Virus record (IMG/VR): IMGVR_UViG_2788500073_000001
Span: 16,313-80,312 of that record
Reading direction: 5' to 3' (one strand)
DNA: 64,000 bases
DNA from: a virus
Taxonomy: Duplodnaviria > Caudoviricetes
Made by a program: the position numbers and the translations under genes. This document shows positions 46,647 through 56,006 of the stretch, one piece after another. Under the pieces are notes generated by a model. That model was not told the origin of the DNA. It did not search any database and saw nothing but the letters and a program-made list of their open reading frames with translations. Within the stretch, counting starts at the first letter, position 1, and each line of letters opens with the position of its first letter.

Positions 46647-47015
46647 CTACTTCACAACAGGCATTCTAATCTCCTGATCAAAATTCCTGATGCTGCCCTC
46701 CAATACGGTAATGGTGTTCCGATCCAGCTTTGTGCCGGTCTTTGCGTTTGCGTGGGCAATGCCGCTGCGGATCAGCCTGCGGATCTTCAAAACGGTTTCT
46801 ACTGCCGTATCGGTGTTGGAAACTTCATTGTAGACCGCCTGGGACTGCTCCTTGGAAGCGATTTGAGAAACAACGCTCATTTGGAAGCCGGCCAAACTTG
46901 CAGCTGCCGCCTGGCGCTCTTTCTCTACGCTCTGTTTTTCATCCATGGAGGCAGTGGCGCTCCGCTTTACGATAGATTCTTTCTTTTCAATGTCAAAAAT
47001 GTTATTCAGTGTCAT
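46647..47015 (-). CDS. hypothetical protein
   Basis: RBS AAAGGA; terminator follows. Confidence 0.6.
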   Translation of the reverse strand: MTLNNIFDIEKKESIVKRSATASMDEKQSVEKERQAAAASLAGFQMSVVSQIASKEQSQAVYNEVSNTDTAVETVLKIRRLIRSGIAHANAKTGTKLDRNTITVLEGSIRNFDQEIRMPVVK

Positions 47016-47099
47016 GGTTTTTATCCTTTCTTATTATCATTTTTTAGGCGTAAAAATGCGCATAACACTTTTGCTATGCGCACAAATAAGGAATATTCT

Positions 47100-48131
47100 T
47101 TAGATTTGCTTCTGCTGCTGAGATGGCCCGATCAGATCGTACCGCTTTTTATAGTCCTCTTCCGCAAGCGCCCGAGCCTTCTGGGTACAATCCTTCAGGT
47201 CAGCGCCATCAGGTTCACAAAGGACTCCGGTTACAAGCATGTGGGACGTCCGGTTCCAGATCGCTTCCCACAGTTCCTTATGAGCCATTGTTGTTCCGTC
47301 CTTCTTCGCCCAGTTCTTCCGTGCGTACGACCGCAGGTAGCCCTTGGCGAACATATTGGCCACAAACTCATTGGCGGTATAGACCGTCACTTTTGTCTGT
47401 TCGGCCTTGCTGGAAGGGGGAATCACATCAGCTTCAAAGGCTTCCTTGAGTGCACGGATCAGGATCTTCCCAAAATCGTCGGTATAACCGCTTTTCCCGA
47501 TCTCCTTGACCTGCCCTGAAGAGCAATCCAAAATCCTGGCGAAGTATCCTACGGATTTACTGCCCTTGTGGAAGGTCTTGGAGGCGGCTGCATAGATACG
47601 AAAGTCGTGAACCCGCCGCTCAACGCTGCCGGAAACCGGCTCTGTGTTGTTTACAGGCCCAGCCATAACAGGCTCCGGGACTGCAGCCAGCGGCTCCTCA
47701 TCTCCAACCATAGCGGGCGGAGTGGCAGGAAGTGCGGTATTGGCGGGCTTCGGGATTTCCGGGGCTCCGCCGCTGCGTTCCACTTCTTTCATCTCCTCTG
47801 CAACCAGATCGGCCAGCTTAGCCCAGTTGGACTGCAGCTTTTTACGGGTGACATTGACCCAATTTAGTTCTGCAGCCAGGCCGTCTTCCAGATCTTTTTT
47901 GGTCATTGCCGCGATCTTATACAGCTCTTGCGGCGAGTGGCCAAAGAAATAGGTCTGGCCGGCATGGTGAATCGGCTGGTTCAGATCTGCAAGTTTGACG
48001 AACGTAATAGGGGTAAACTGCACACGCAGGGAATACCCATTGTTCACCAAATCATAATTATGGGTCTTGTTCAGGCTGGCACCGGTAATATAACCGACAG
48101 TCAGGCAATACAGAGCTTTACTTTGTTTCAC
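47100..48131 (-). CDS. protein with C-terminal RNase H-like fold, probably inactive
   Basis: 'VTVYTANEFV...WAKKDG...HKELWEAI' RNase HI-like; catalytic Asp positions substituted. Confidence 0.6.
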   Translation of the reverse strand: MKQSKALYCLTVGYITGASLNKTHNYDLVNNGYSLRVQFTPITFVKLADLNQPIHHAGQTYFFGHSPQELYKIAAMTKKDLEDGLAAELNWVNVTRKKLQSNWAKLADLVAEEMKEVERSGGAPEIPKPANTALPATPPAMVGDEEPLAAVPEPVMAGPVNNTEPVSGSVERRVHDFRIYAAASKTFHKGSKSVGYFARILDCSSGQVKEIGKSGYTDDFGKILIRALKEAFEADVIPPSSKAEQTKVTVYTANEFVANMFAKGYLRSYARKNWAKKDGTTMAHKELWEAIWNRTSHMLVTGVLCEPDGADLKDCTQKARALAEEDYKKRYDLIGPSQQQKQI

Positions 48132-48339
48132 GATTTTTGCCTCCTCTTGGCTTCACCAGCCTATCGGTTGGCATGGTGATCTTTTGTCTTTCTACGATCA
48201 AAGTAGCACATCCAGCTTCCGGTTCTTCACAGAGAATACCGGCTTTTCCGGAAAGATTCTGAACCTTCCCGTTGCGAACGCCGATAAAATGTCCTTTGAT
48301 TTTTCTAAATCCAGGCGGATGGTAGTCTTTGGTGCTCAT
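48118..48339 (-). CDS. small hypothetical protein
   Basis: RBS AAGGAG; first gene after repeat copy 6. Confidence 0.6.
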   Translation of the reverse strand: MSTKDYHPPGFRKIKGHFIGVRNGKVQNLSGKAGILCEEPEAGCATLIVERQKITMPTDRLVKPRGGKNRETK

Positions 48340-48413
48340 GTTAATGGCTCCTTTCCTTCTTTGGGTTTTTGGTTTTCTATCTGAAAGGGTTCCTTCCTGA
48401 CCGGGAAGAAGCC

Positions 48414-48586
48414 CTGAATTGGCAATAAAAAAGGCACGGTCACGCCCAAAAGGGCGCAATCGTGCCGTTAGGTTTCACACCGGCCAGCTGTCAACATGGA
48501 CAGGGGGCCTTACTTTACTGCCTCGGTGGGCAGCGGATACTTTCATGGAATACATAGAGTGTACTCCCGTTTTTGTATCGTGTCAA
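48414..48586 (-). promoter_or_regulatory. dispersed promoter-leader-terminator repeat, copy 6
   Basis: Same cassette. Confidence 0.92.
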
Positions 48587-48602
48587 CTACCAACCAAAAT
48601 TC

Positions 48603-49010
48603 TTATTCTGCTTCTGCCCAGTTTTCGATGCCCAGATTCGGGACGCGCATGAACTCACGAACATTGTTTGTTACTAGAATTAGCCCCTCAGCTCTGGCGT
48701 GCCCGGCGATCAGCATATCCATCGTTCCAATAGGCGTACCTCGCTTTTGTAGGTAGGCGCAGATATTTCCATACTCAGCAGCTGCCAGATCGTCAAAAGG
48801 TAGAATGTCCAGAATGGCCAAAAATTGGATCAGCGCCATCTGGTTCTTCTCTGGATTGACGCTTTTTTCTACGCCATGTTCCAATTCCGCCAAGGTAATT
48901 GCAGAAATGCAAAGCCCTTTTGGCAGATTGTCTTTCAGCCGCCGCAAAACCTGCTCTGGCTTATTTTTGATGGCGTAGATGCAGATGTTTGTGTCCAGCA
49001 TGTAGGTCAT
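48603..49010 (-). CDS. vapC: VapC PIN-domain toxin
   Basis: [30 protein letters not shown]. Confidence 0.93.
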   Translation of the reverse strand: MTYMLDTNICIYAIKNKPEQVLRRLKDNLPKGLCISAITLAELEHGVEKSVNPEKNQMALIQFLAILDILPFDDLAAAEYGNICAYLQKRGTPIGTMDMLIAGHARAEGLILVTNNVREFMRVPNLGIENWAEAE

Positions 49011-49237
49011 AGGCTTTCGCGCTCCTTCTGGACACCCTGATCTCGCCCATCCTCAAAAATATCGCTGGTGAAGCTGTTCAAGCCATCCATAAAGGTTTGC
49101 CAGGCTGCTTCTTTCGGGAGTAACACGACGGCTTGCCCGATGCGCTGTACATAAACTTCATCTCCAGAAAAACGAAATTTTTTTGGCAGGCGCACGGCTT
49201 GACTCTTCCCGTTTTCAAAAATTTTTGCGGTATCCAT
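49007..49237 (-). CDS. vapB: VapB AbrB-type antitoxin
   Basis: [20 protein letters not shown]; ATGA overlap with vapC. Confidence 0.93.
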   Translation of the reverse strand: MDTAKIFENGKSQAVRLPKKFRFSGDEVYVQRIGQAVVLLPKEAAWQTFMDGLNSFTSDIFEDGRDQGVQKERESL

Positions 49238-49283
49238 TCATACCACCTCCTAATATAGTATATATCAGAATATATACTTCATG

Positions 49284-49715
49284 TCAAGGTTGAATGATCT
49301 GGCTTTTACAGGCCTTCTCCAGCCCGTGGCGCAGAGCGGGATTTGCATTCAGTTCTTGAGGTGAGATACCCAGAGCGCTGAGCGTGTCCGTTACATCCCC
49401 AGTGTAGGAAAACTCATGATCCTCAAGCTCACGGTCGAACATTTCGAAGATGAATCCATCTCCGGTTTTATCGGCAGCGATCGCCTGCCTAAGCTCATCG
49501 CGGTGGCGGGAAGACATCTCCAGGTAGGCGGGAACATCCTCTTTACGGAAGATGTCGCCGGCGCCGAAGAGGGAACAGACCCGATCCGTTTCAGCCGGAT
49601 CCAGCCCCAGCTTTCTCATCGCTTCCTCAAACTGTTTCTGCCCAAAGGCAAATGCCATTGGGAAAGCCTCTACTTCTTTTTGCTGACGGTGTTTCATTTC
49701 AATATAGTGGTTCAT
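49284..49715 (-). CDS. phage/ICE conserved hypothetical protein
   Basis: RBS AAGGAG; 'FAFGQKQFEEAM...ELEDHEFSYTGD'. Confidence 0.7.
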   Translation of the reverse strand: MNHYIEMKHRQQKEVEAFPMAFAFGQKQFEEAMRKLGLDPAETDRVCSLFGAGDIFRKEDVPAYLEMSSRHRDELRQAIAADKTGDGFIFEMFDRELEDHEFSYTGDVTDTLSALGISPQELNANPALRHGLEKACKSQIIQP

Positions 49716-49728
49716 TGTTTTCTCTCCT

Positions 49729-50346
49729 TTACCATAAGTACCCACAGATTTCCAGTATATCAAGTGTGTGGCTGTCCACCAGGCTGTAAAAATCCCAGGT
49801 CTTCTTGCTGAAACGATGACGATAGCGATCCTTGCGGATTTCCAGTTCACGTCCCAGGCTCTGTTCTTTCTGGATGGTGGAGATCTCCAGCCGCTCCGTC
49901 TCAGAAAAGAGCCAGTTGTCCGCATATCCCTGATAGTCAAACCGGATGTAATCCTCCAGCACATACCCTTTCCACTGCTCGTAAGAGTAGAGGCAGTGCT
50001 GAGCTGCAAAAGCCTCAGCGATGCGCTTTTCATCCTCATAGCTAAACGGCCCCGTCTTCAGTGCGCCATCCCCCAATTCAGGCCCCATTACTTCCTCAAA
50101 CAGGAGCCGGCCGGTGGAGTCAAGCACCTGAATAGTGGTTCCTTCTTTCAAAGGCCAGTCCGCCTCGTGGCTGTTGAGCCGATTGTGGATCGTGGCCCAG
50201 TTGACCTTTTCTCTGGAAGCCATGGGCATCCGGGCATAAAGCAGTTTCGTATGGGGGCTGCGGTAGATGTCTTCAGCCCCCATATTCTCGGCAAACTGAA
50301 CCTGGAGCACTTTAGAAGGTGTTCTATCTTTGTTAGGCATAATCAT
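49729..50346 (-). CDS. hypothetical protein
   Basis: RBS AAGGAG; operon spacing. Confidence 0.65.
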   Translation of the reverse strand: MIMPNKDRTPSKVLQVQFAENMGAEDIYRSPHTKLLYARMPMASREKVNWATIHNRLNSHEADWPLKEGTTIQVLDSTGRLLFEEVMGPELGDGALKTGPFSYEDEKRIAEAFAAQHCLYSYEQWKGYVLEDYIRFDYQGYADNWLFSETERLEISTIQKEQSLGRELEIRKDRYRHRFSKKTWDFYSLVDSHTLDILEICGYLW

Positions 50347-50411
50347 TTCTCCTTATTAAAAGGGCAGAGAACCCTGAAGCGGATTCTCTGCTCTTTTCGT
50401 TAATTGTTTCT

Positions 50412-51329
50412 TTAAATGTGGCAATCCACGATTGTGATGAAATACTCCGGGTCTATATTTGCCAAAACATGTTCCCACGCTTCGGAAAATGTCTGGAATG
50501 ACTCCTGAGAACCATCGTGGGTGGCCCACCAGCCCATCTGGCCTTTTTGCTGCCATCCTTCATCCGGCGTTACAAATGCCCAGGGCTGGAAGCTGGCTCG
50601 TTCTTTGGCAAAGGCCTCTTTTGTTCCATAGAAATCGCGGTAATATTCCGGCCGATAGTAGCCATCCATCCCCTCTGGAGCTTCGCCTTCTTTGAGAGGT
50701 TCACCATCCACATAGACCTCCCAGAACCGAATCGCCTTGTCATAAAGCGCCTGGTCCATTGTGAAGTCAATGTCTTTGATCTGGGCCTGGTCGTACCGGT
50801 CCGGTTCATCCAGTGGCTTGAGGCTGCCATCGCCCATAAGGAATTCCCACGAAGGATCTGCCTTATAGCCCCTTGAGGCCTTGAGCAAACCGCGGAAACG
50901 TCCGCCGATCCGCCAGTAGTCCCAACGGGCATTGGGATTCTCCCAATATCCGAAGCGGCCAGTTTCGGGATCAGGTTCGTCGTACCCGCAGCAATCTCGC
51001 ATATATTGCTCAAAAGTCGGGTACAGCTCCTTGTAACTTACGAGGACTTCTTTGCAATCAGGCGGGATCAGATAATCGTCCCATGTACTGCCGAATTCTT
51101 TTTCCTCTTTCAGAAAAGCCTTATCCCATGGGGAAAGCAGCTTACCATCCGGTGTTTGAATCCGGCGGGCAAATTTTGTCTCGTAAACTTCCTTTTCTTC
51201 CCTTTCAGCGTCCACAAACTCCAGAAATTCACGGGGACAATCGCCCATGTTGTTTTCCTGGTAGGGTGCCAAAAGCCGTTCCACATCCTCTGGATGCTTA
51301 GAAATGACTGCTACTGCAAAGTGACTCAT
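50412..51329 (-). CDS. phage-type hypothetical protein
   Basis: MSHFAVAV...NPNARWDYWRIGGR...VDCHI. Confidence 0.75.
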   Translation of the reverse strand: MSHFAVAVISKHPEDVERLLAPYQENNMGDCPREFLEFVDAEREEKEVYETKFARRIQTPDGKLLSPWDKAFLKEEKEFGSTWDDYLIPPDCKEVLVSYKELYPTFEQYMRDCCGYDEPDPETGRFGYWENPNARWDYWRIGGRFRGLLKASRGYKADPSWEFLMGDGSLKPLDEPDRYDQAQIKDIDFTMDQALYDKAIRFWEVYVDGEPLKEGEAPEGMDGYYRPEYYRDFYGTKEAFAKERASFQPWAFVTPDEGWQQKGQMGWWATHDGSQESFQTFSEAWEHVLANIDPEYFITIVDCHI

Positions 51330-51413
51330 GGTTTTTTGCTCCTTTCGCTTTTTGGTTAAAATTCGTTTCTCTATGTAAAAAGGCAGCCTCCCTCGACCAA
51401 AGGGAAGCTAACC

Positions 51414-51586
51414 TTGAATTGGCAATAAAAAAGGCACGGTCGTGCCCAAAAGGGCGCAATCGTGCCGTTAGGTTTCACACCGGCCAGCTGTCAACATGGA
51501 CAGGAGGCCTTACTTTACTGCTTCGGTGAGCAGCGGATACTTTCATGGAATACCTGAAGTATATGCCGCTTTTTGTATCGTGTCAA
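51414..51586 (-). promoter_or_regulatory. dispersed promoter-leader-terminator repeat, copy 7
   Basis: Same cassette, TTGACA-17-TATACT. Confidence 0.92.
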
Positions 51587-51706
51587 CTACTCTGCAAAAT
51601 TTATCTGTTCTCTTTTCTCAACAGATTTTCATCTGCCCAAGTGAGATAATGATGCAAAACTGCATAAAAATCGTTATTCCCATTTCCAACCGCTTTTTGT
51701 ATCATA

Positions 51707-52744
51707 TTAAGAGGCTCTTTTTTCAGAACATTTCGACTTCCGATAGCTTCGGTGAGTACGAGAAACAAAAGTAACTTCTATGGTGTCCTCCTTCATGGTC
51801 AGCTGCGAGGTGCAGCCGGCGTCACCATCATAAATGCAGATAGAATCTCCGATACGGACCTTATTCAGCAGCCAGGCCGCCACATTATCCTGGGAGATCA
51901 GATTGCACAGTACCTCTTCATAACATTGGGATCCACTCGTCGGGAAATCGAAGAATATGTTTTCAGCCAAACGAAGTTTGAAAGGCTGTCCCAGAAGGGC
52001 AACGGTGTAATCCTTATCCTGCACTCTATCCCAGGTGTTTGCAATACTCCGGCAAAAGCGGGGATGCCGCTGCAGAACTTTCCGGCCAACAGAAATGAAA
52101 GAGGACAGGGAATTCCCTTTGAGCCCAAGGCGCTCAAATATCTGCTCCTTAGAATAGCCCTGATAATACATTGCCACAGCCTGGACGCTCTTTTTCTCTT
52201 TTTCCGAATTCAGGGTATCTGCAATACTCAACATCAAAGTAAATATTGCTTGGCTACTGGTTCTAAGGACCAATGGGTTCTGCTGCGCCAGCGAGGCGTA
52301 CTCGTCCGGCGCTTCCTGCTCAAGCGTATCAAGGCAGATCGGGTCATTTTTGTCTTTTCCGTTCTTAATCTCCCGGCACATCTCGCGCCGAATGCAAACA
52401 GAGGCATACGTTGAGAACTTGGTGCCGTTGGATTCATCAAAATTCTCTACTGCCTGCCACAATGCAATCAAACCGGCCTGATAGATGTCATCTTCATTAG
52501 AAGACGTAACACCATGCACAGACTTCATGCAGCTGCGCACCAAGCCGATGTGTTTTTGTACTTCCTGTTCCACCTTCGCACGTCGATCCTGCTCTGACAT
52601 TGCAGACGGCTGAGGGATAATATAAATCGCCGTGTTGGGCTTATGAATATCAAAGAAAACCAGCTGAACCTGATTTTCGAAAGGGACTGACCGCTGTGCG
52701 GCGATCCGCTTGCTTTGATTAACCATAGGTTTCATGCCACACAC
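51707..52744 (-). CDS. element-encoded sigma-70 family factor with C-terminal extension
   Basis: Region 2 'DDIYQAGLIALWQAVENFDESNGTKFSTYASVCIRREM'; region 4-like 'YYQGYSKEQI'. Confidence 0.82.
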   Translation of the reverse strand: MCGMKPMVNQSKRIAAQRSVPFENQVQLVFFDIHKPNTAIYIIPQPSAMSEQDRRAKVEQEVQKHIGLVRSCMKSVHGVTSSNEDDIYQAGLIALWQAVENFDESNGTKFSTYASVCIRREMCREIKNGKDKNDPICLDTLEQEAPDEYASLAQQNPLVLRTSSQAIFTLMLSIADTLNSEKEKKSVQAVAMYYQGYSKEQIFERLGLKGNSLSSFISVGRKVLQRHPRFCRSIANTWDRVQDKDYTVALLGQPFKLRLAENIFFDFPTSGSQCYEEVLCNLISQDNVAAWLLNKVRIGDSICIYDGDAGCTSQLTMKEDTIEVTFVSRTHRSYRKSKCSEKRAS

Positions 52745-52799
52745 TCCTCTCCCGATGGCTTTATATCAAAGAATAAAAAATTTTATTTCTCGTATATAA

Positions 52800-52828
52800 A
52801 TTATAACAAACCCAACTGAGAAAGTCAA
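52800..52828 (-). promoter_or_regulatory. sigmaA promoter of the element sigma gene
   Basis: TTGACT-17-TATAAT with extended TG. Confidence 0.75.
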
Positions 52829-52944
52829 AAATGAGAGAAGTAATTCACTTGGAAATAGGAGAGGTGCAGCTATTCTGTCAGATCGCAAAAAGACGGTCAC
52901 ACAGCGAACATTCTGTGTGACCGTTTTTTCTAAAAGTGTGTTGC

Positions 52945-53520
52945 CTAGTCCGTCTTCAAACGTACACCGGAGCCCTCATCATCAATCGTCATAACAATAC
53001 CGTTGCTGTCTCCGTTCACGCTGGCTACAATGAGCCAACTGTAACCTTGCTTGAGAGAAAGGGTTTGGGTGCCTTCCTTCAGTCGATTTACCTGCCCATC
53101 GGGATCATGCTGCTTAGCGATAGCAGCCACAAAATTCCGCTCGGGATTGTCCTGAGCAACTGTGACGGTGATTTCCGTTTCTTTGTGCGCATAAAGCCGG
53201 CAGACTTTTATTTCACGGTTTAGATTTTTCCAAGAACAAGATACCGTATTGGAAAACTGATTGCAGCTGATAAGGAGGCCGGCCGCCGAGCCGTTGAAGG
53301 ATCCGTCCGACAACATCTCATCGGTAATTTGGTCGATGCTTGTGATGTGTTCCCAATCGTCATTATGGGAAGGTGCTCCGAAAAGTGTTCCCATGATATG
53401 TCCTGCAATGATAAAGAGCGCTGCAATGAGAATAATTGCTGATACTACGAACATCATTTTTTTGTTGGCCGGGCGCTGCCAATATCTATGGTTCATAACT
53501 GGCCCCCTTTGTTTGACCAT
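52945..53520 (-). CDS. membrane-anchored hypothetical protein
   Basis: N-terminal TM helix. Confidence 0.6.
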   Translation of the reverse strand: MVKQRGPVMNHRYWQRPANKKMMFVVSAIILIAALFIIAGHIMGTLFGAPSHNDDWEHITSIDQITDEMLSDGSFNGSAAGLLISCNQFSNTVSCSWKNLNREIKVCRLYAHKETEITVTVAQDNPERNFVAAIAKQHDPDGQVNRLKEGTQTLSLKQGYSWLIVASVNGDSNGIVMTIDDEGSGVRLKTD

Positions 53521-53522
53521 CC

Positions 53523-53777
53523 TTACTCATCGCCATACTTTTCGTCATACTCCTCGGGTGTGATGAACCGGCAATCTGACGCTGTAAACTGTTCATCGAA
53601 ATGGATAAATCTCAGCACATCTTCGACGCTGATCGACTTCATCAACCGCGCATATTTTTCCTTAAATCCCTCATCTGGAACTTCTCCCAGCTCAATGCAC
53701 AACCCGGCCGGGCGGGGTTCTCCATTTTCGTTCTCTGCCAATCCCTGAATTTCAAGGCAGATCCTCAATTTCTTCAT
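53523..53777 (-). CDS. hypothetical protein
   Basis: RBS AAGGAG. Confidence 0.6.
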   Translation of the reverse strand: MKKLRICLEIQGLAENENGEPRPAGLCIELGEVPDEGFKEKYARLMKSISVEDVLRFIHFDEQFTASDCRFITPEEYDEKYGDE

Positions 53778-53815
53778 TGTGCTCTCTCCTTTACAGATAC
53801 TTCTTGTCAAAGTAT

Positions 53816-54361
53816 TTAGAGTTCCAAATCCTTTTCGATTAGTTCCACAACCAAGGTCAACAATGGCATTTCCTGCTCAGATATGGGAGCCATGGCGTCA
53901 TCCGCGATCACTACAAGCGCGCCATAGAGATCTCCCTGGGCTACGATCGGGAGCGCGGCAATAGCTTCAATACCTCTCAAGCCTACGGGTTTAAGTAGGT
54001 TCGTTTCTTTTCCATCCCACACAAAAGATTGCCGCTCCCGCATCAAGGTTTCCATATCATTAGAAACAGCCTGTCCCTGAATTTTATGGCGCTGCGAACC
54101 ATACACAACAACTACTCGGTCAGTGTCACATACGGCAATCGTCCTGCCCATCAACTTGCTGAGTGCATCCGCGTATTTCTCCCCCAAGGATTTAACATCC
54201 AACAATGGGGAATATTTTTGAAAGATCACACGATCCTCTTCCACCAAAATTTCCATCGGATCATTGGCCTGGAGCCGAAGGTTTCTGCGGATCTCCTTTG
54301 GAATTACAATTCGGCCAAGGCTATCAATGCGTCTGACAATACCTGTTGCTTTCATCGTCAT
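53816..54361 (-). CDS. spoVT: SpoVT homologue (AbrB + GAF)
   Basis: MKATGIVRRIDSLGRIVIPKEIRR...KYSP...CDTD...PIVAQGDLYGA. Confidence 0.9.
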   Translation of the reverse strand: MTMKATGIVRRIDSLGRIVIPKEIRRNLRLQANDPMEILVEEDRVIFQKYSPLLDVKSLGEKYADALSKLMGRTIAVCDTDRVVVVYGSQRHKIQGQAVSNDMETLMRERQSFVWDGKETNLLKPVGLRGIEAIAALPIVAQGDLYGALVVIADDAMAPISEQEMPLLTLVVELIEKDLEL

Positions 54362-54532
54362 TTTGCTCCCTTCTCCGGCCCTCTGCCGGGTGCCAAAACC
54401 ATTGTAACAGCTTTGGCTTCCCGACTAGCGTCAGCAAGGTCGGGTGGTGAAATGCGGAACCACCCGGCACAGAGCCGGATTTTGCTTATTTGCTTGTTCA
54501 CTGCTGATCCGTTTACTAATTTGTTATGTAAC

Positions 54533-54970
54533 TCATTTAACTTCTTGTACTCCAGGCAGCGCTAGCTGCCCACTCCGAAACGCTGTGTAAAGGGTAGTAC
54601 CTCGCCCATCGGTCAGATAAGGGAGGAAAACTTCGTCGGCCTGCACATTGCCGGCCTCTACAAAGGCCATCTGAGCCAGCACCCAGTCTCGGATATTCCG
54701 CCAGGCTGTGCGCTTGGCCTGCTCCCGATCCACCTTGATTTTTTCTCTCTTAAAGGCGGCCAGTACCCCGTCTATGTTGGCCGGAAGCTGGAAGCCTAAG
54801 ATCTGGCCTTCTACCAGCAGGCCGAAAGTCAAGCCAATGGGATCGCCGGTTTCGTCGTAGTCGATCATGATCTTCCTGGCGCCGCCTTTGGCCAACGCAC
54901 CCTGAATCTCCCCCAAAGAAGTGTAGACATCCACTTTAGAACTGTAATTTTTTATTGCCATCTTTTTCAC
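54533..54970 (-). CDS. phage conserved hypothetical protein
   Basis: 'IKNYSS...FQLPAN...QAKRTAWRNIRDWV...EVFLPY'. Confidence 0.7.
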   Translation of the reverse strand: MKKMAIKNYSSKVDVYTSLGEIQGALAKGGARKIMIDYDETGDPIGLTFGLLVEGQILGFQLPANIDGVLAAFKREKIKVDREQAKRTAWRNIRDWVLAQMAFVEAGNVQADEVFLPYLTDGRGTTLYTAFRSGQLALPGVQEVK

Positions 54971-55239
54971 TCCAATTCATCCCAGAAAATTTCTTCTTCC
55001 AACATCATGCGCTGCCGCCTATCATACTCATCTAACCAGACACAGTAATCGAGGAGGTCATCGAGATCCTGTTCTGGCGGGCAAATATACTCCGGATTCG
55101 GGTAAGTGTTCGTCGCGGCGGCCGGCCTAACATCTTTGACGGCATTTTCTTTTTCTTCTTTCTCCCACAATTCGCTCAGATAGATGAGGCGTTTGATGAA
55201 CCTGCGCAATTTGTAGAAGAAATCCTTGATTTTTCTCAT
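54967..55239 (-). CDS. hypothetical protein
   Basis: Overlap-coupled on both sides. Confidence 0.55.
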   Translation of the reverse strand: MRKIKDFFYKLRRFIKRLIYLSELWEKEEKENAVKDVRPAAATNTYPNPEYICPPEQDLDDLLDYCVWLDEYDRRQRMMLEEEIFWDELE

Positions 55240-55421
55240 GGCTCTTTTTCCTCCGTATGACGGGTGACATTGGTTCGAATGGCATGTTCTCTGGCCATCT
55301 TGTCAATGACCCGTCCCAGATCTTTCTCGCCATACCCCGCGGCCGCAGCCCACTTGCACAGATTGTAGTAGGTCTGTTTTGTGATGCGCACCCGGAGGTA
55401 CATCAAATTTTTCTTATCCAT
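55236..55421 (-). CDS. small ribbon-helix-helix-like protein
   Basis: beta 'LRVRIT' + helix + 'LGRVIDKM' pattern. Confidence 0.5.
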   Translation of the reverse strand: MDKKNLMYLRVRITKQTYYNLCKWAAAAGYGEKDLGRVIDKMAREHAIRTNVTRHTEEKEP

Positions 55422-55433
55422 CCATCATCACTC

Positions 55434-56006
55434 CTATTGCCGAATGTCTTCGTCAGCGATTTCTTCCGGTACAACAGCATGATCAATCCGTAGCTGCTCC
55501 AGGAGCTGCGTAGTAAGAGGCTGCCCCTCCGGAGGTTTTTTGAAATAGAAGTCATATTTCATGCCCGCAATGAACTTCCTGCTGCGTTCATAGGTAAAGT
55601 AGATGGTTTGCCCGGATTCCGTCTGGAGAGCAACCATTTTGCTGCTCTTGAAAGCTGTATTAGAGGTTGGGTCTATATAAGCCGGCAGCCCCTCTGCAAA
55701 ACTCAGCGGCCGCGAACCAATGCAAGTCATGCGTAGGACAAAATAATTCTTTGTTTTCCCAATATGAAGGAGCTTGGCTGCATAGCCCAGGCAGAACGCA
55801 TCCAATGCGACACCTACCCAGATAAGTGGGAGATGATCCGTTGCCAGTGCGAAAAAAACTGTTCCTGCAAGAATGCCGAGCGCCAACAGCCTCCATCCCA
55901 AAGCCCTATCTGTAAAAAATTTGGGAAGCTCTTCCGAAGGAGCTCTTGCCCCTTCAGTAAGGAGTTCCATTTCTCTGTTTTCCTTTTTTAAATCCGGCAT
56001 TTTCAT
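55434..56006 (-). CDS. membrane protein
   Basis: Two TM segments. Confidence 0.65.
   Translation of the reverse strand: MKMPDLKKENREMELLTEGARAPSEELPKFFTDRALGWRLLALGILAGTVFFALATDHLPLIWVGVALDAFCLGYAAKLLHIGKTKNYFVLRMTCIGSRPLSFAEGLPAYIDPTSNTAFKSSKMVALQTESGQTIYFTYERSRKFIAGMKYDFYFKKPPEGQPLTTQLLEQLRIDHAVVPEEIADEDIRQ

Noticed and set aside
51440-51550. Leader as a known ribozyme or riboswitch (pistol, hammerhead, twister-sister, c-di-GMP-I/II, SAM-I, ZTP)
   Set aside because: The hairpin-loop pseudoknot plus TAAA linker is superficially pistol-like, but I could not match the conserved cores of any of these by eye; left unassigned pending cmscan.
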